The notes: generated by a model from the sequence alone, not told the origin. A stretch of DNA of 64,000 nt from Verrucomicrobiia bacterium (GCA_963664225.1 OY760937.1:4384001-4448000); one strand, 5' to 3'; counted from the first letter of the stretch, positions 20,105 through 30,734 are shown. A program made the numbers and translations.

Positions 20105-21250
20105 TTACAATAACGGCAGTGTTACCGTAAACCGTGTTCCGTCATGAACAGTCGAAATGAAACTGACATGGCCTTTGAGATATTTCTCTGTCAGCAGTTT
20201 AACGCTATAGGTGCCCAACCCACGGCCTTCTCCCTTGGTGCTGTAAGACCGCTCGAAGATCTGAAGTTGCACCTCGCGAGGCATGACACCCGTGTTTGCC
20301 ACCCAAAAATGAATCTCCTGGCCGTCAATATCGCAACCGGCTGTGATTGCGCTGCCCATTGGGGTGGCTTCCAGGGCGTTCTTAATGAGATTCTCAAGGA
20401 TACGTTTGAGCAGGGTGCCATCCGTGACGAAGGAGACAGAAGCGGAGCGCGGGTGGAGAATGAGATTTCGACCTTCAGCCACTGGATGATACTGCAAAGT
20501 CGCCAGCGAGCGTTCCACTAATTGTCGGCTACTGCAGGGCTGTAAGTGAACCTCCAGCTCGCTATTTTCGGCGGCAGCAAGGTCCTTTTGAGTCAGAATT
20601 TCCTCCATCATCGAGTGCAGGCCCGCTTTGAGCAAACTGAGATCTCCCCGCAATTCGTGAGGAGCGCTTTCCTCAAGCACTTCCGCCAAGCCCTCCAGTC
20701 CTCCAGCGGAATTGATGATGTCATGGAAGAATATGCGCTCCAAGGCTCTGCGCCTCTTTTGATGGCTGATATCCGTGGCGGAGAAAATCGAGTAAACCTC
20801 GTTGTTGTGCATGAACGGAGCGGCATACACCAACAGGTCGAGGGATTCCGAGTTACAGTGAATCAACCGTGTCAGGCGACACTCTTCAAAGGTGGCTGTC
20901 CCGGATAAACTCTTGAGAATGGCACGAATGGCTCCACATTCACGGCAGTGCTCGGCGGTGCCGCAGCCCGCCTCCTTTTCATGCGCATGAATACATTGCA
21001 ACGCTTCGCCTGGACGTTGTCCCAACAGGCAATTGCAATCCTTTACTCCAGTCAATTTTTCCCAATTCTGGCTGGCAAAAACAATCTGCCGCTGCTCGTT
21101 TAAAATGAAAACCAACTGCATTGTGGAATTGGCTGCCGCCGGTCGCAGGGGCGAATCCATGACCGCCGCTGCCTGCCGTTGGATGACTTCAATGGAAACT
21201 CGCTCCGCCGGAGCGAATTCCGTAATTGGAATTTGGATGCTCATACCCAT
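20105..21250 (-). CDS. Cytoplasmic histidine kinase with Cys-rich PAS-like sensor
   Basis: H-box FFHDIIN, NLIKNALEA, STKGEGRGLGTY; sensor GEALQCIHA..GCGTAEHCRECG. Confidence 0.88.
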   Translation of the reverse strand: MGMSIQIPITEFAPAERVSIEVIQRQAAAVMDSPLRPAAANSTMQLVFILNEQRQIVFASQNWEKLTGVKDCNCLLGQRPGEALQCIHAHEKEAGCGTAEHCRECGAIRAILKSLSGTATFEECRLTRLIHCNSESLDLLVYAAPFMHNNEVYSIFSATDISHQKRRRALERIFFHDIINSAGGLEGLAEVLEESAPHELRGDLSLLKAGLHSMMEEILTQKDLAAAENSELEVHLQPCSSRQLVERSLATLQYHPVAEGRNLILHPRSASVSFVTDGTLLKRILENLIKNALEATPMGSAITAGCDIDGQEIHFWVANTGVMPREVQLQIFERSYSTKGEGRGLGTYSVKLLTEKYLKGHVSFISTVHDGTRFTVTLPLL

Positions 21251-21636
21251 GCGATCGCACTTCTTTACCGAGGCAGCGCCTGCCAGAACCCCACATTGAA
21301 CATGGGATTCAACAATGGAAAGTAAAAAACCCGCCACGCCGCCCGCCACACCAATAAATCAGTCATTCAATCATTGGACAGCGATGGATTAACTATTATT
21401 CAAATATAAAACAAGTAAATCTTATGAAAGCTCTCGTCATTGCATCGTTCCAAGTCATTAAAAATCCCTTGTTGTGCCCATTTTACCACGGACGTTCCTC
21501 ATCAATCTAGAGTGACAAGGAAGCCATTCTGGCGGTTGGACTTTTGTCTGACGACTCGGTGAATTGATCACGACATGATGCGAAGGCTGCCGAGATTGTG
21601 CCGGGGTATGTGGACCGTATCGGGGAATGAATCTCC

Positions 21637-22710
21637 ATGCTTGTCTCGGGCACGACTCCTGCTTATTATAACGATGTGAGTCATGATCTTCATGAGGAAC
21701 GAAAATCCTTAAGGATGGTTCCATGCGGCGGCTGTGGCGCCAATAATTTCGTCGCCGCAGATATACCCCCATTGTCCGCTGTTCCCTGTACGCGTTGTGG
21801 CGCGGCAATCATGATGCCGATGCGATTGCGCCAGTTTGAGTTGCGTGGCATTATAGGTGAGGGCGGCATGGGCACGGTTTATCGTTCCTGGGATACGACT
21901 CTGGATCGGGAAGTCGCTGTCAAATTGATGAAAAAGGAGCTTGTAGGGGATGTGCAAGCCATTGCGAACTTTTCGCGCGAGGCCCGTGCTTGCGCGGCGC
22001 TCAATCATACGAACATCATTCACATCTACACCTTCGACGAGCACGACGGCCAGTGGTTCATCGTCATGGAAATTGCCGACCGCGGCAGTCTGGACAGCCG
22101 GATCGAAAACGATAAAGTCGTGCCGGAACTATTGGTGTTGGATGTCGGCATCAAAGTGGCTTCGGCTTTGGCCTCCGCCCTCAAGCACAACCTACTGCAT
22201 CGTGATATCAAACCCGGGAATATTCTCTTTAACTCCGAAGGGGAACCCAAATTGGTCGATTTTGGCCTCGCGCGCAATACCGAGGCCAATGCAGAGGACG
22301 ATGGTGTGGTGTGGGGCACGCCTTATTATATTGCTCCCGAAAAGATTCGCCGCGAGCGCGAGGATTTTTTGTCCGACATGTACAGCCTGGCGGGCACCCT
22401 CTATCATGCGTTGACTGGCCACGTGCCTTTCGAAGCGCCAACAGTGGACGAAGTGGTTGCGGCTCAAGTGCATACGCCTTTGACACCTCCCAACCTTGTG
22501 GTTCCCGAGATCACTCAGGCGACCAGCGATGCCTTGGTATGCGCCATGGCGAAGCGGCCCGAAGATCGCTATCAGAGTTACGATGAATTCATCATGGCGT
22601 TAACCGCGTCGCGCAGCCAACTTCTGGTCAACCATTACCGTAATCAGGAACGTTCCACCACTGCCAGCGCCGACACTACTCCCAGCGGCAAAAGCTGGTG
22701 GCGTCTTTAG
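21637..22710 (+). CDS. Hanks-type Ser/Thr protein kinase with N-terminal zinc ribbon
   Basis: GEGGMGTVY, VAVK, HRDIKPGN, DFG, GTPYYIAPE, SDMYSL; CGGC...CTRC; start uncertain (21637/21676/21715). Confidence 0.93.
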   Translation: MLVSGTTPAYYNDVSHDLHEERKSLRMVPCGGCGANNFVAADIPPLSAVPCTRCGAAIMMPMRLRQFELRGIIGEGGMGTVYRSWDTTLDREVAVKLMKKELVGDVQAIANFSREARACAALNHTNIIHIYTFDEHDGQWFIVMEIADRGSLDSRIENDKVVPELLVLDVGIKVASALASALKHNLLHRDIKPGNILFNSEGEPKLVDFGLARNTEANAEDDGVVWGTPYYIAPEKIRREREDFLSDMYSLAGTLYHALTGHVPFEAPTVDEVVAAQVHTPLTPPNLVVPEITQATSDALVCAMAKRPEDRYQSYDEFIMALTASRSQLLVNHYRNQERSTTASADTTPSGKSWWRL

Positions 22711-22711
22711 T

Positions 22712-23638
22712 TCAGGGTTTGCTGCTTTTCTCGATTCTGGTTTTGAGCGCGTCGATGCGCTCCTGAACGGCATCTGGTGAAGCAGAGACGGATTTCCAGA
22801 CATTCATATATTCAAGGGCCCTCTGAAGATTTCCCGCAGTCTCTTCGAGCAATGCCAGTCTGGAGACGATTCTATCCAATGAAAACCGGTCTGGTTCCGC
22901 TTTCCCTGTTTCAATCGATCGCCACTTGCGCAAGGCGGCTTCGTAGAAATTCCGGGCCCGGTCGGGTTCCTTATGGTATTCCTCCTCAATCGTTCCGAGT
23001 TCGAAAAGGATTTCGTAACTGTCTGGATTGGCTTTCCACCCTTCCCGTAGAAACTGTTCGGCCTCGGTGTCTTTACCCATGTTTCGTCTGAGCCAAAAAG
23101 CTGTCGTGATATAGAGTTGGACCCTGTGTGGATCCAGTTCTGCGGCAATGCGCAGCCAGGGGAGAATTTCACGGGCTTCGCCGACTTTTTCCAGATGCAC
23201 ATGGCTTGAGGGATGAAAATAACGATCCATTCGATCGATCCAATTGGCGGGCGCTTTCATGAAGTCCGGCAAGTCGTCGTGGTCGTGTTCTTTATGGGAC
23301 GTCTGGCCCTCCCCAGGGCCTGTGGAAGGCTCCTTTTGTGATTCGGTCATCTCGGATTTGCCGTTTTTTTCAGTCCGGTCAAAGATGCTGGGATAAAATC
23401 CCGAGTGAAAATAGACGTCGGCGCGTTCGAAGAAATAGCCTGCAAACATTTCGCGACTGTCTCCGACAAGCACGTTCAACACGCTCGCCGAGTCGGCGCG
23501 TCCGCCAGCCCATTGTTGGAACCACACTTGCAGGCAGGTGGCGAGGGTGAAGCAAAGACTCAGCAGCAGCGCGATGAACCAGCCGATGGAAATCGGGACC
23601 GCGCTCCGAGTTGAGGATGTCCTGAATGTTGCAGCCAT
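22712..23638 (-). CDS. Membrane-anchored TPR-like protein
   Basis: N-terminal TM; ADVYFHSG; His-rich linker; helical repeats (AAELDP, EAEQFLREG..ANP, LFELG). Confidence 0.75.
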   Translation of the reverse strand: MAATFRTSSTRSAVPISIGWFIALLLSLCFTLATCLQVWFQQWAGGRADSASVLNVLVGDSREMFAGYFFERADVYFHSGFYPSIFDRTEKNGKSEMTESQKEPSTGPGEGQTSHKEHDHDDLPDFMKAPANWIDRMDRYFHPSSHVHLEKVGEAREILPWLRIAAELDPHRVQLYITTAFWLRRNMGKDTEAEQFLREGWKANPDSYEILFELGTIEEEYHKEPDRARNFYEAALRKWRSIETGKAEPDRFSLDRIVSRLALLEETAGNLQRALEYMNVWKSVSASPDAVQERIDALKTRIEKSSKP

Positions 23639-23640
23639 GG

Positions 23641-24417
23641 TCAATTCAATGCCTGCCGACGAAATATCAGCCAAGTGAGCATGAGAAACAACGCGGAATA
23701 AACTGCGGCATAAAGAGTTGCAACGCCACATGCCCACCACGGAATGAGTCCCCAATTATGGATGATCAGGTCGCGCACGTCGAAAAACTCAAGATGAGGA
23801 ATCGCAAAATATAGGACGGCGAGGATGGTTTGGGAGGGTTCGGCCATGCGCATGGCTACTTTATGCAAATGCCTTCCCAACAACAGTATGCCTGTTACAA
23901 TGATAAAGGTGATGGTGATGTTGGCCGAGACGGCGGAGTAGGTCACCGAACCCAGGAGAGTGAGGGCGATCACCACGGCAAGCATCCACCAATGCATCCA
24001 CAGGGCTTGAAAATAATTGACCAGGGGCCAATTGTGCTCGCGCGCGCCGCTCAGTATTGCAAAAAAGACGTAGAAAACGAGAAGCGCCAATCCACACGCG
24101 ATCCAGCATCCAAGGAATTTACCCACAATGACTTGCGCACGGCTAACAGGCTTGGCCAGAAGCGGAAAAATGGTTCGGTTTTCCTTTTCCGTTGGAAGTT
24201 GACGGGCGGCGGTGGCCATGGCGATGACCAGTGCGGATATCCAGATTAACAGGAGGCAGATCTCTTTGAGATAGCGTACGATACGATCGTCATTGAAGAA
24301 GTTGATCGATCCCATTCCCAGAGTCATCAAAGCGGTCAGGACGAACAGGACATAAAAATCTTTTCTCCTGTACAGTTCCTTGATGACGACCATTGAAATT
24401 GCCAGAACCGTATTCAT
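23641..24417 (-). CDS. ABC-2 type transporter permease
   Basis: About six TM segments; EKENRTIFPLLAKPVSR...GKFLG. Confidence 0.9.
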   Translation of the reverse strand: MNTVLAISMVVIKELYRRKDFYVLFVLTALMTLGMGSINFFNDDRIVRYLKEICLLLIWISALVIAMATAARQLPTEKENRTIFPLLAKPVSRAQVIVGKFLGCWIACGLALLVFYVFFAILSGAREHNWPLVNYFQALWMHWWMLAVVIALTLLGSVTYSAVSANITITFIIVTGILLLGRHLHKVAMRMAEPSQTILAVLYFAIPHLEFFDVRDLIIHNWGLIPWWACGVATLYAAVYSALFLMLTWLIFRRQALN

Positions 24418-24423
24418 TGATGA

Positions 24424-25170
24424 TTAAGCCTTTACGTAACCGATTATTTTTAGGAAGGCCTGTTCCAGGTTGGTCTGGTATTGGGCCATCAACTCATCCA
24501 CCCGACCCGCAACCTTGAGTTGGCCATTGTGGAGAATGGCCACGCGGTCGCAGACGGTTTCCACTTCGCCAAGTTCGTGCGATGAGAAAAAGACGGTTTT
24601 GCCCTCGTCCTTCAATCGTTGGATAATTTCACGTACTTTCATGCGTCCCAAAGGATCGAGGCCGCTGGTGGGTTCATCCAGTATCAGCAGGTCGGGTTGG
24701 TTGATGAGGGCCTGGGCCAGGCCGACGCGTTGCTGCATGCCTTTGGAATAGGTCTTGATGGGGCGTTTTCGGGCGTGATCCAGTTCGACCAGTTTGAGGA
24801 CCTGCTCGATGCGGTTTTCAGCGTCCGAAGGGGGAATTTTAAAGATGCGCGCGTAAAATCGGAGCAGTTCCTCGGCTGTGAGGAATTTGTAGTAATAGGT
24901 CAATTCGGGCAGATAACCAATACGTTGGCGCGCAATGGGATCCCGGACGTTGACTCCAAAAAGATAGGCATTTCCACCAGAAGGATTTACAAATCCAAGA
25001 AGGACATTCATGGTGGTGGTTTTCCCGGCGCCATTCGGACCCAAAAAGCCGAAGACTTCCCCTTGGTTGACGGATAGGGAAAGGCCCGCCAGCGCTATTT
25101 TGTCGCCGCCGGCGCCATTGCGGGTTTTAAAAACCACGCGCAACTGATCCAGTTGAATTACTTCGTTCAT
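24424..25170 (-). CDS. ABC transporter ATP-binding protein
   Basis: GPNGAGKTT, signature YSKGMQQR, LILDEPTSGLD, SSH. Confidence 0.95.
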   Translation of the reverse strand: MNEVIQLDQLRVVFKTRNGAGGDKIALAGLSLSVNQGEVFGFLGPNGAGKTTTMNVLLGFVNPSGGNAYLFGVNVRDPIARQRIGYLPELTYYYKFLTAEELLRFYARIFKIPPSDAENRIEQVLKLVELDHARKRPIKTYSKGMQQRVGLAQALINQPDLLILDEPTSGLDPLGRMKVREIIQRLKDEGKTVFFSSHELGEVETVCDRVAILHNGQLKVAGRVDELMAQYQTNLEQAFLKIIGYVKA

Positions 25171-25483
25171 TTGTTCAAACCATGTTCAGTTGAGGCCTTC
25201 TTATAAGCAAACTACGGATTTAGGCAATCGAAAGAAGCGATTTCGGATGCAGTTTGCGAATAAACATACGGTGACCGGATTTGAAGGGAGGAGTAAAAGA
25301 GTCAATGCGTCGCTCATTGGATGAAATAGCCAGCAAAATGTTTATTTTTGGGGCTGGCCTAAAAATGTACACTGCAGGCTTGCATTTATTTTTAAAAACG
25401 CTAAATTTTGAGCTAACCTGTTCCTTCAATGTAGTTAAACAACCGATAAAAAGCTGACCTAATCCGAGACTAAGGAGAAATAT

Positions 25484-28400
25484 ATGATGAAAAAATGGAG
25501 TTATCGCGCAATGGTGCGAACGACTCTGAAAACATTGGGTGTTGCCATGCTGATGCCTGCCGCCGCTCTTCAAGCGCAGGTCTATCCGCTAGACTACGGG
25601 CAAACCGTCAATGGTTATCAGGAGCAGTTCGATGGTACCACGCTTAGCAGCGCCTGGCAGGTGGTGAATTCGGGCAATACTGCCAATGTCTATACCTTGA
25701 ATGGCAAGGGCGTGCTTCATGTCGGCACAGTGGCTGGGGATCCCAACCATCTTTTGCTTACGGGGCCAACATATGACCACAACAACCAGGAAGTGCTCGC
25801 GCGCTTTCGTGTGACCAATTTCGGCACTGGGGATGGTCCTCGTGGCGGTATTGGTGTGGCGGTTACGGCCGCCGCCGGCGGTGATTTCAGCCGCGGCATC
25901 GATTATCACTTCCGTGATTTCAATGAAAACGGTCTGACAGGAAAACACCTTCGATTCCTGGACGATTTGCGCTCCTGGGGTAATAATGGCGATTTCAAAT
26001 GGGAACAGGGCGCCTGGTACTGGATGCGCGTGGCGCACACCAACACCAGTGGCAGCACTGGCACCCCCACGGCTTATGGTAAAATCTGGGCTGCGGACGG
26101 TTTGACACCGGAACCCGCAGACTGGATGACGGTTTGGGCTTACACCTCGACTCCTCCGCGCACCGGTTTTGCCGGCCTTACGGCGGGCAGCGCCAGCGGG
26201 CAGGCGGAGTTCGAATGCGATTATTTCCTCTTGAAGTCCGCTGGTCTTCCTTCCCTTACAGTGGCTCCGACCGCCGCTCCGCCGGAAATCTCGGGAATGG
26301 TTCCTGACAACCGGGTTTCCTATGTGGCGACCAATGCGACGGTCACTTTCAATGCGAAGTCCACCGTGGGCATCGGCACTACAGGGATCAGCCTGACCGT
26401 CAACGGCGTCAGTCAGACGGCTGGTTTGGTGATTGGCGGTTCCGCCAGCCTGCGCACGGTTTCTGTGCCGCTTTCCCTCGAGTACAACAAGGTTTATACA
26501 ATCGTGGCGAGGGTGTTCAGCGTGGATGGCCAGGATTCAAGCCTTTCATGGTCCTTTGACACCATGAAACAGGACAACTTCAGCATCGAAGCCGAAGATT
26601 TCAATTATGAATCCGGAAAGTATGCTGATAATCCGCCCATTGGCACTTTGTCACCTTATATTAACAAGGTAGGCACACGCGGGATCGACGAGAACGATCC
26701 CACCGAAGGCGGTGCAAACCATGATTACCGCGCATACGACACCGCCACGCAAACAGGTGAAATCGTTGGAACAAAAACAATGGTATCTGAGATCGTTCGC
26801 CAGGTTTATGTGGATGCTCAAACCGCAGGCGATGCATTGGCCATTGATTACGCGGTGGGCTGGATTGACGACCAGGAATGGCTCAACTACACCCGCACGT
26901 TCCCCGCTGGAACATTCCAACCCTACGCCCGCATTTCCTCCAGCGCCGACAGTGTGACGCGCCTGGATTGGGTGACCAGCAGCGCCACCGCTGCCAACCA
27001 GACCACCTCTCCGGCGGGTCTCGTTTTAGTGCCCAATGTGGGTTCCAACGAGATCTTTGCCTTCAGGCCTCTTACGGATGCCTTTGGTAACATGATCATT
27101 CAGCGCCTTACCGCTGGTGTGAAAACGCTCCGTTTTACGAAACTCTCTGGTTCCGTTGACGTGAACTTCTTCTCGTTAGTGCCTGTCGCGGACCCCGGCA
27201 CATTGACTCCGTTTGTATCGCAAGTTTACCCGGCGCCGAACGCAACGGGTATCACGCCTATTGCGGATGTCGTTGCCACGATCACGGATCGTGACACCAA
27301 GGTCAACGCTTCCACGGTGCAGATGACATTCGACACCAACGATGTGACGTCCTTGTTGCAGAAGGCCACCGTCTCCGGCGCCCTGCAGGTCACCTATACA
27401 TCGACGAACATCTTTCCTGCGAGCAGCGTGCATACCGTGACGCTGATCTATGCGGATAACGCGGCCACGCCGAACAAGTTCACCAACACCTGGCAATTCA
27501 CGGTCACAGGGACCTACTCAATTCTCCCCGTTGCGGACGCCAAGGCGGTGGGAACCGGCCTGACCCCTGGATTCACGACCCGTCTGGTCCAGACCAGCAA
27601 CGGCAGCGCGAATACGACCCAATGGACAGAAGACACCCTGGCGGGTGTGTATCCGATCATCTACAGTTCTGCGGATTTCTCATCCCAGGTGATCAATTAT
27701 AACGGCAATGGCAGCTCGGGCAACTTCGGGAGCGATACGCTCTTCTCGACGGCGTTTGGCGCGGGCATTGTGGACGCGAGTGCGGCCAACCTGGCAACGG
27801 AAACCGTGACTTATCTCGCCCTCAAACGCGGGTTCTACCGCATGGGTGTGAACAGCGATGACGGCTTCCGGGTGACCGAAGGCTCACTGCCCGGGAATTC
27901 CGGTGAGAAGATCGGCACGGTTCTCGGAGAATTCAGCGGCGGTCGTGGTGCTACTGACACGACCTTCGACTTCGTGGCTCCGGTGGATGGTGTCTATCCG
28001 TTCCGTCTGACGTATGAACAGGGCGGTGGCGGTTTCGGCTTCGAGTGGTTCTCGGTGGATCCCGTGACCGGCGTTCGCACGCTGATCAACGATCCGGCCA
28101 ATGCGAACTCGATCAAGGCCTATCGCTTCAACTCCACCTTGACGGCTCCGGATTATGTGGTGAGTATTAGTGCGAATCTTCCTCCCACACTGACGGTGGT
28201 CGAAAATACCAAGCTTTCGCTTTCCGCGTCAGCCACGGCGACCATTTTAGGCAATGTCATCACGAACAACGTGTTGTTCGTCTATCACTGGACCAAGGAC
28301 GGCGCCGAGATCACGGGTGATACCGCCATCAAGGGAGTAACCGGCCCAGTCTTGAGCATCGACCTGGCTCAACTGTACCAGGGTGGCCTCTATCAGTGCG

Positions 28401-30703
28401 AAGTTTCGCTCCCTGGTTTCCCGTCCATCAAGAGCACGGCCTGCCAGGTGACCGTTGCGCCTGATAATGTGGTTCCTACTGTGACTTCAATCCACGGAAG
28501 TGCCACGTTGAATACCATCACGATCAACTTCTCGGAGCCTCTCAATGCCGCCACACTGGTGGCGTCGTCCTTCTCGGTCGATGGCGGGCTTACGATTACA
28601 GCGGTGACGCCGACTGTGGATCCCAACTTTGGCACCACAACGCAGGTGGTTCTGACCACCGTTCCCCAGACCGAAGGCAAGCTCTACACCGTGAACATCA
28701 ACAACGTGACCGACGCTGTTGGCAACCCGATGGTTAATGTGAAGGCCTCCTTCAACGCTTATGTGACGGATTCTGCGGTCAAGCTCGTCATTGAGTTCTA
28801 TGACAGCATTGGCAGTCTTAGTGCGTTGACGAATAGCGTCAAGTACCAGGCCAGCACACCGGACCGGGTAATCGCCGCTCCCGACTTCCAGACTCCGGGC
28901 TGGGAATTTGGTGACAACTACGGCGCGCGTCTCGCCAGTGTGGTGACCGCTCCCGTCTCCGGAAATTACCGGTTCTACATCGCTTCCGATGACAGCAGCC
29001 AGCTCTATGTGAGCTCGGACGATACTATCGGCAACTGGATTCCAAACGCCACGACAGGTGACGCGTTCGTTGCCTATGTGAATGGCGCGACAGGCCAACG
29101 CGAATGGGGTAATGCAGCTGCTCATCCTTCGGACTTGATTCCGCTGGTTGCGGGTCAGAAATATTACATCATGGCGATCTATCAAGAGGGCGGTGGTGGC
29201 GATGGTTGCGCCGTGGGTTGGGTTCTTCCAGGTGCAAACACGAACATCGTGGTCATTCCTGGCAGCGCCATGGGTTCACAACGGGTCGATCCCGGCTTGG
29301 CCAGCATCAAGATCGGTCAGCAGCCTGTGGCTGTGACGGTGACAGAAAACCGCCCGGCGAGTTTCTCGCTGACGGTGACGAACGCCACATCGCAGTTCAG
29401 TCAGACCGAGACGGTGACCTATCAATGGCAGCGTAATGGTGTGAATGTGGCCAGCAATGGCAACAGCGCCACCTACACGATTCCATTGGCTCAAATCGCC
29501 GACAGCGGCACCTTCCAAGCTGTGGTGCATGTTCCTGGTCTGAGCGTGACAAGCGCCCCGGCCGTTTTGACGGTGACTGCAGATTCAGCCGCCCCGGTGG
29601 TTGTTTCGGCGGGAACATTGACAAGCGCACCCACAACTGTCGGTGTGTTGTTTGACGAGTTGGTGGATCCTGCAAGCGCAGCGGTCGCCGCAAACTACAC
29701 GGTGTCGGGAGCGACTGTTACCAGTGCAACACTGCTGCCCAACCTCAAATCAGTGGCCCTGGCTTTGAACGCGGCTGTCGTGAGCGGCGCCACGGTTAAA
29801 GTGGATGGCGTGAAGGATCTTGTGGCCAATACGGCAGCGAATACCACAGGGACCATCATATTCAATGATCTCACGTCCAAGGATGTGGGCACAGTCAATC
29901 CGACCAACAGCGCGCTCTTCAGCGATCCCATATATGTGGGTTCGACGGTCGCGCTCGGTCAGGGCGTGTTCACGGTCAAAGCCGGCGGTTCCGACATTTG
30001 GGAAACGCATGATGGCTTCCACTTCACCTATAAAGAAGTGACTGGCGACTTCGAAGCGAAGGTTCGCGTTGAAAGCCTGCTGTTCACCTCCACATGGTCG
30101 AAGGCTGGCTTGATGATTCGCGAGTCCCTGGATATGGGTTCACGTAACTACAACACCGTGGTCGATCCGACCGCAGGTGCCAATGTCTGGGAGCCGAACT
30201 ACCGTGCCGAGACAAACGGTGCCAGCGCAAATGCCCCGGGTGAAATCGCCCGTGTCACTCCTGTGAGCTATCCCAACGCGTGGATCAAGCTGACCCGCGT
30301 CGGACAGGTGGTTACGTCCTTCAAGAGCACCAACGGTGTGGATTGGGTACAGTTGGCTTCTGTCACGATCAGCACAAACAACCCATATCCGGCGAAGATG
30401 CTGGTGGGTCTGTGCGCCACGGCTCATGACAATGGCGGCACGAACACGGTGGCTGAGTTCCGCGACTACTCGCTGACGACGGGCGGAACGGTGGAAACAC
30501 CGACGATGACGGCCAAACGGTCCACGACCAACCTGGTCATTACCTGGGATGCCACGCAGGGTGCTGGCTTCCAGCTCTACAGCTCAGCCACGATCCTTGG
30601 AACGTGGGCTGTTGAAGCAACCGCTCCTGTGACCGCCAACGGGGTGGTTACGGTGACATTACCGGCTACGAGCGGTAATAAGTACTTCCAACTGAGGAAG
30701 TAA
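25484..30703 (+). CDS. Large secreted/surface protein (1739 aa) with lectin-like, CBM-like, two PA14-like and Ig-like domains
   Basis: Signal peptide ending LQA; IEAEDF...GW....EWLNYT (CBM6/35-like); GVNSDDGF..EQGGG and IASDDSS..QEGGGGD (PA14-like); Ig motifs YHWTKDG, YQWQRNG..DSGTF; GSDIW..DGFHF..KAGLMIRE beta-sandwich; terminal module ending YFQLRK. Confidence 0.88.
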   Translation: MMKKWSYRAMVRTTLKTLGVAMLMPAAALQAQVYPLDYGQTVNGYQEQFDGTTLSSAWQVVNSGNTANVYTLNGKGVLHVGTVAGDPNHLLLTGPTYDHNNQEVLARFRVTNFGTGDGPRGGIGVAVTAAAGGDFSRGIDYHFRDFNENGLTGKHLRFLDDLRSWGNNGDFKWEQGAWYWMRVAHTNTSGSTGTPTAYGKIWAADGLTPEPADWMTVWAYTSTPPRTGFAGLTAGSASGQAEFECDYFLLKSAGLPSLTVAPTAAPPEISGMVPDNRVSYVATNATVTFNAKSTVGIGTTGISLTVNGVSQTAGLVIGGSASLRTVSVPLSLEYNKVYTIVARVFSVDGQDSSLSWSFDTMKQDNFSIEAEDFNYESGKYADNPPIGTLSPYINKVGTRGIDENDPTEGGANHDYRAYDTATQTGEIVGTKTMVSEIVRQVYVDAQTAGDALAIDYAVGWIDDQEWLNYTRTFPAGTFQPYARISSSADSVTRLDWVTSSATAANQTTSPAGLVLVPNVGSNEIFAFRPLTDAFGNMIIQRLTAGVKTLRFTKLSGSVDVNFFSLVPVADPGTLTPFVSQVYPAPNATGITPIADVVATITDRDTKVNASTVQMTFDTNDVTSLLQKATVSGALQVTYTSTNIFPASSVHTVTLIYADNAATPNKFTNTWQFTVTGTYSILPVADAKAVGTGLTPGFTTRLVQTSNGSANTTQWTEDTLAGVYPIIYSSADFSSQVINYNGNGSSGNFGSDTLFSTAFGAGIVDASAANLATETVTYLALKRGFYRMGVNSDDGFRVTEGSLPGNSGEKIGTVLGEFSGGRGATDTTFDFVAPVDGVYPFRLTYEQGGGGFGFEWFSVDPVTGVRTLINDPANANSIKAYRFNSTLTAPDYVVSISANLPPTLTVVENTKLSLSASATATILGNVITNNVLFVYHWTKDGAEITGDTAIKGVTGPVLSIDLAQLYQGGLYQCEVSLPGFPSIKSTACQVTVAPDNVVPTVTSIHGSATLNTITINFSEPLNAATLVASSFSVDGGLTITAVTPTVDPNFGTTTQVVLTTVPQTEGKLYTVNINNVTDAVGNPMVNVKASFNAYVTDSAVKLVIEFYDSIGSLSALTNSVKYQASTPDRVIAAPDFQTPGWEFGDNYGARLASVVTAPVSGNYRFYIASDDSSQLYVSSDDTIGNWIPNATTGDAFVAYVNGATGQREWGNAAAHPSDLIPLVAGQKYYIMAIYQEGGGGDGCAVGWVLPGANTNIVVIPGSAMGSQRVDPGLASIKIGQQPVAVTVTENRPASFSLTVTNATSQFSQTETVTYQWQRNGVNVASNGNSATYTIPLAQIADSGTFQAVVHVPGLSVTSAPAVLTVTADSAAPVVVSAGTLTSAPTTVGVLFDELVDPASAAVAANYTVSGATVTSATLLPNLKSVALALNAAVVSGATVKVDGVKDLVANTAANTTGTIIFNDLTSKDVGTVNPTNSALFSDPIYVGSTVALGQGVFTVKAGGSDIWETHDGFHFTYKEVTGDFEAKVRVESLLFTSTWSKAGLMIRESLDMGSRNYNTVVDPTAGANVWEPNYRAETNGASANAPGEIARVTPVSYPNAWIKLTRVGQVVTSFKSTNGVDWVQLASVTISTNNPYPAKMLVGLCATAHDNGGTNTVAEFRDYSLTTGGTVETPTMTAKRSTTNLVITWDATQGAGFQLYSSATILGTWAVEATAPVTANGVVTVTLPATSGNKYFQLRK

Positions 30704-30734
30704 ACCCGGGATAACCGGATTAACTTAAATCACG

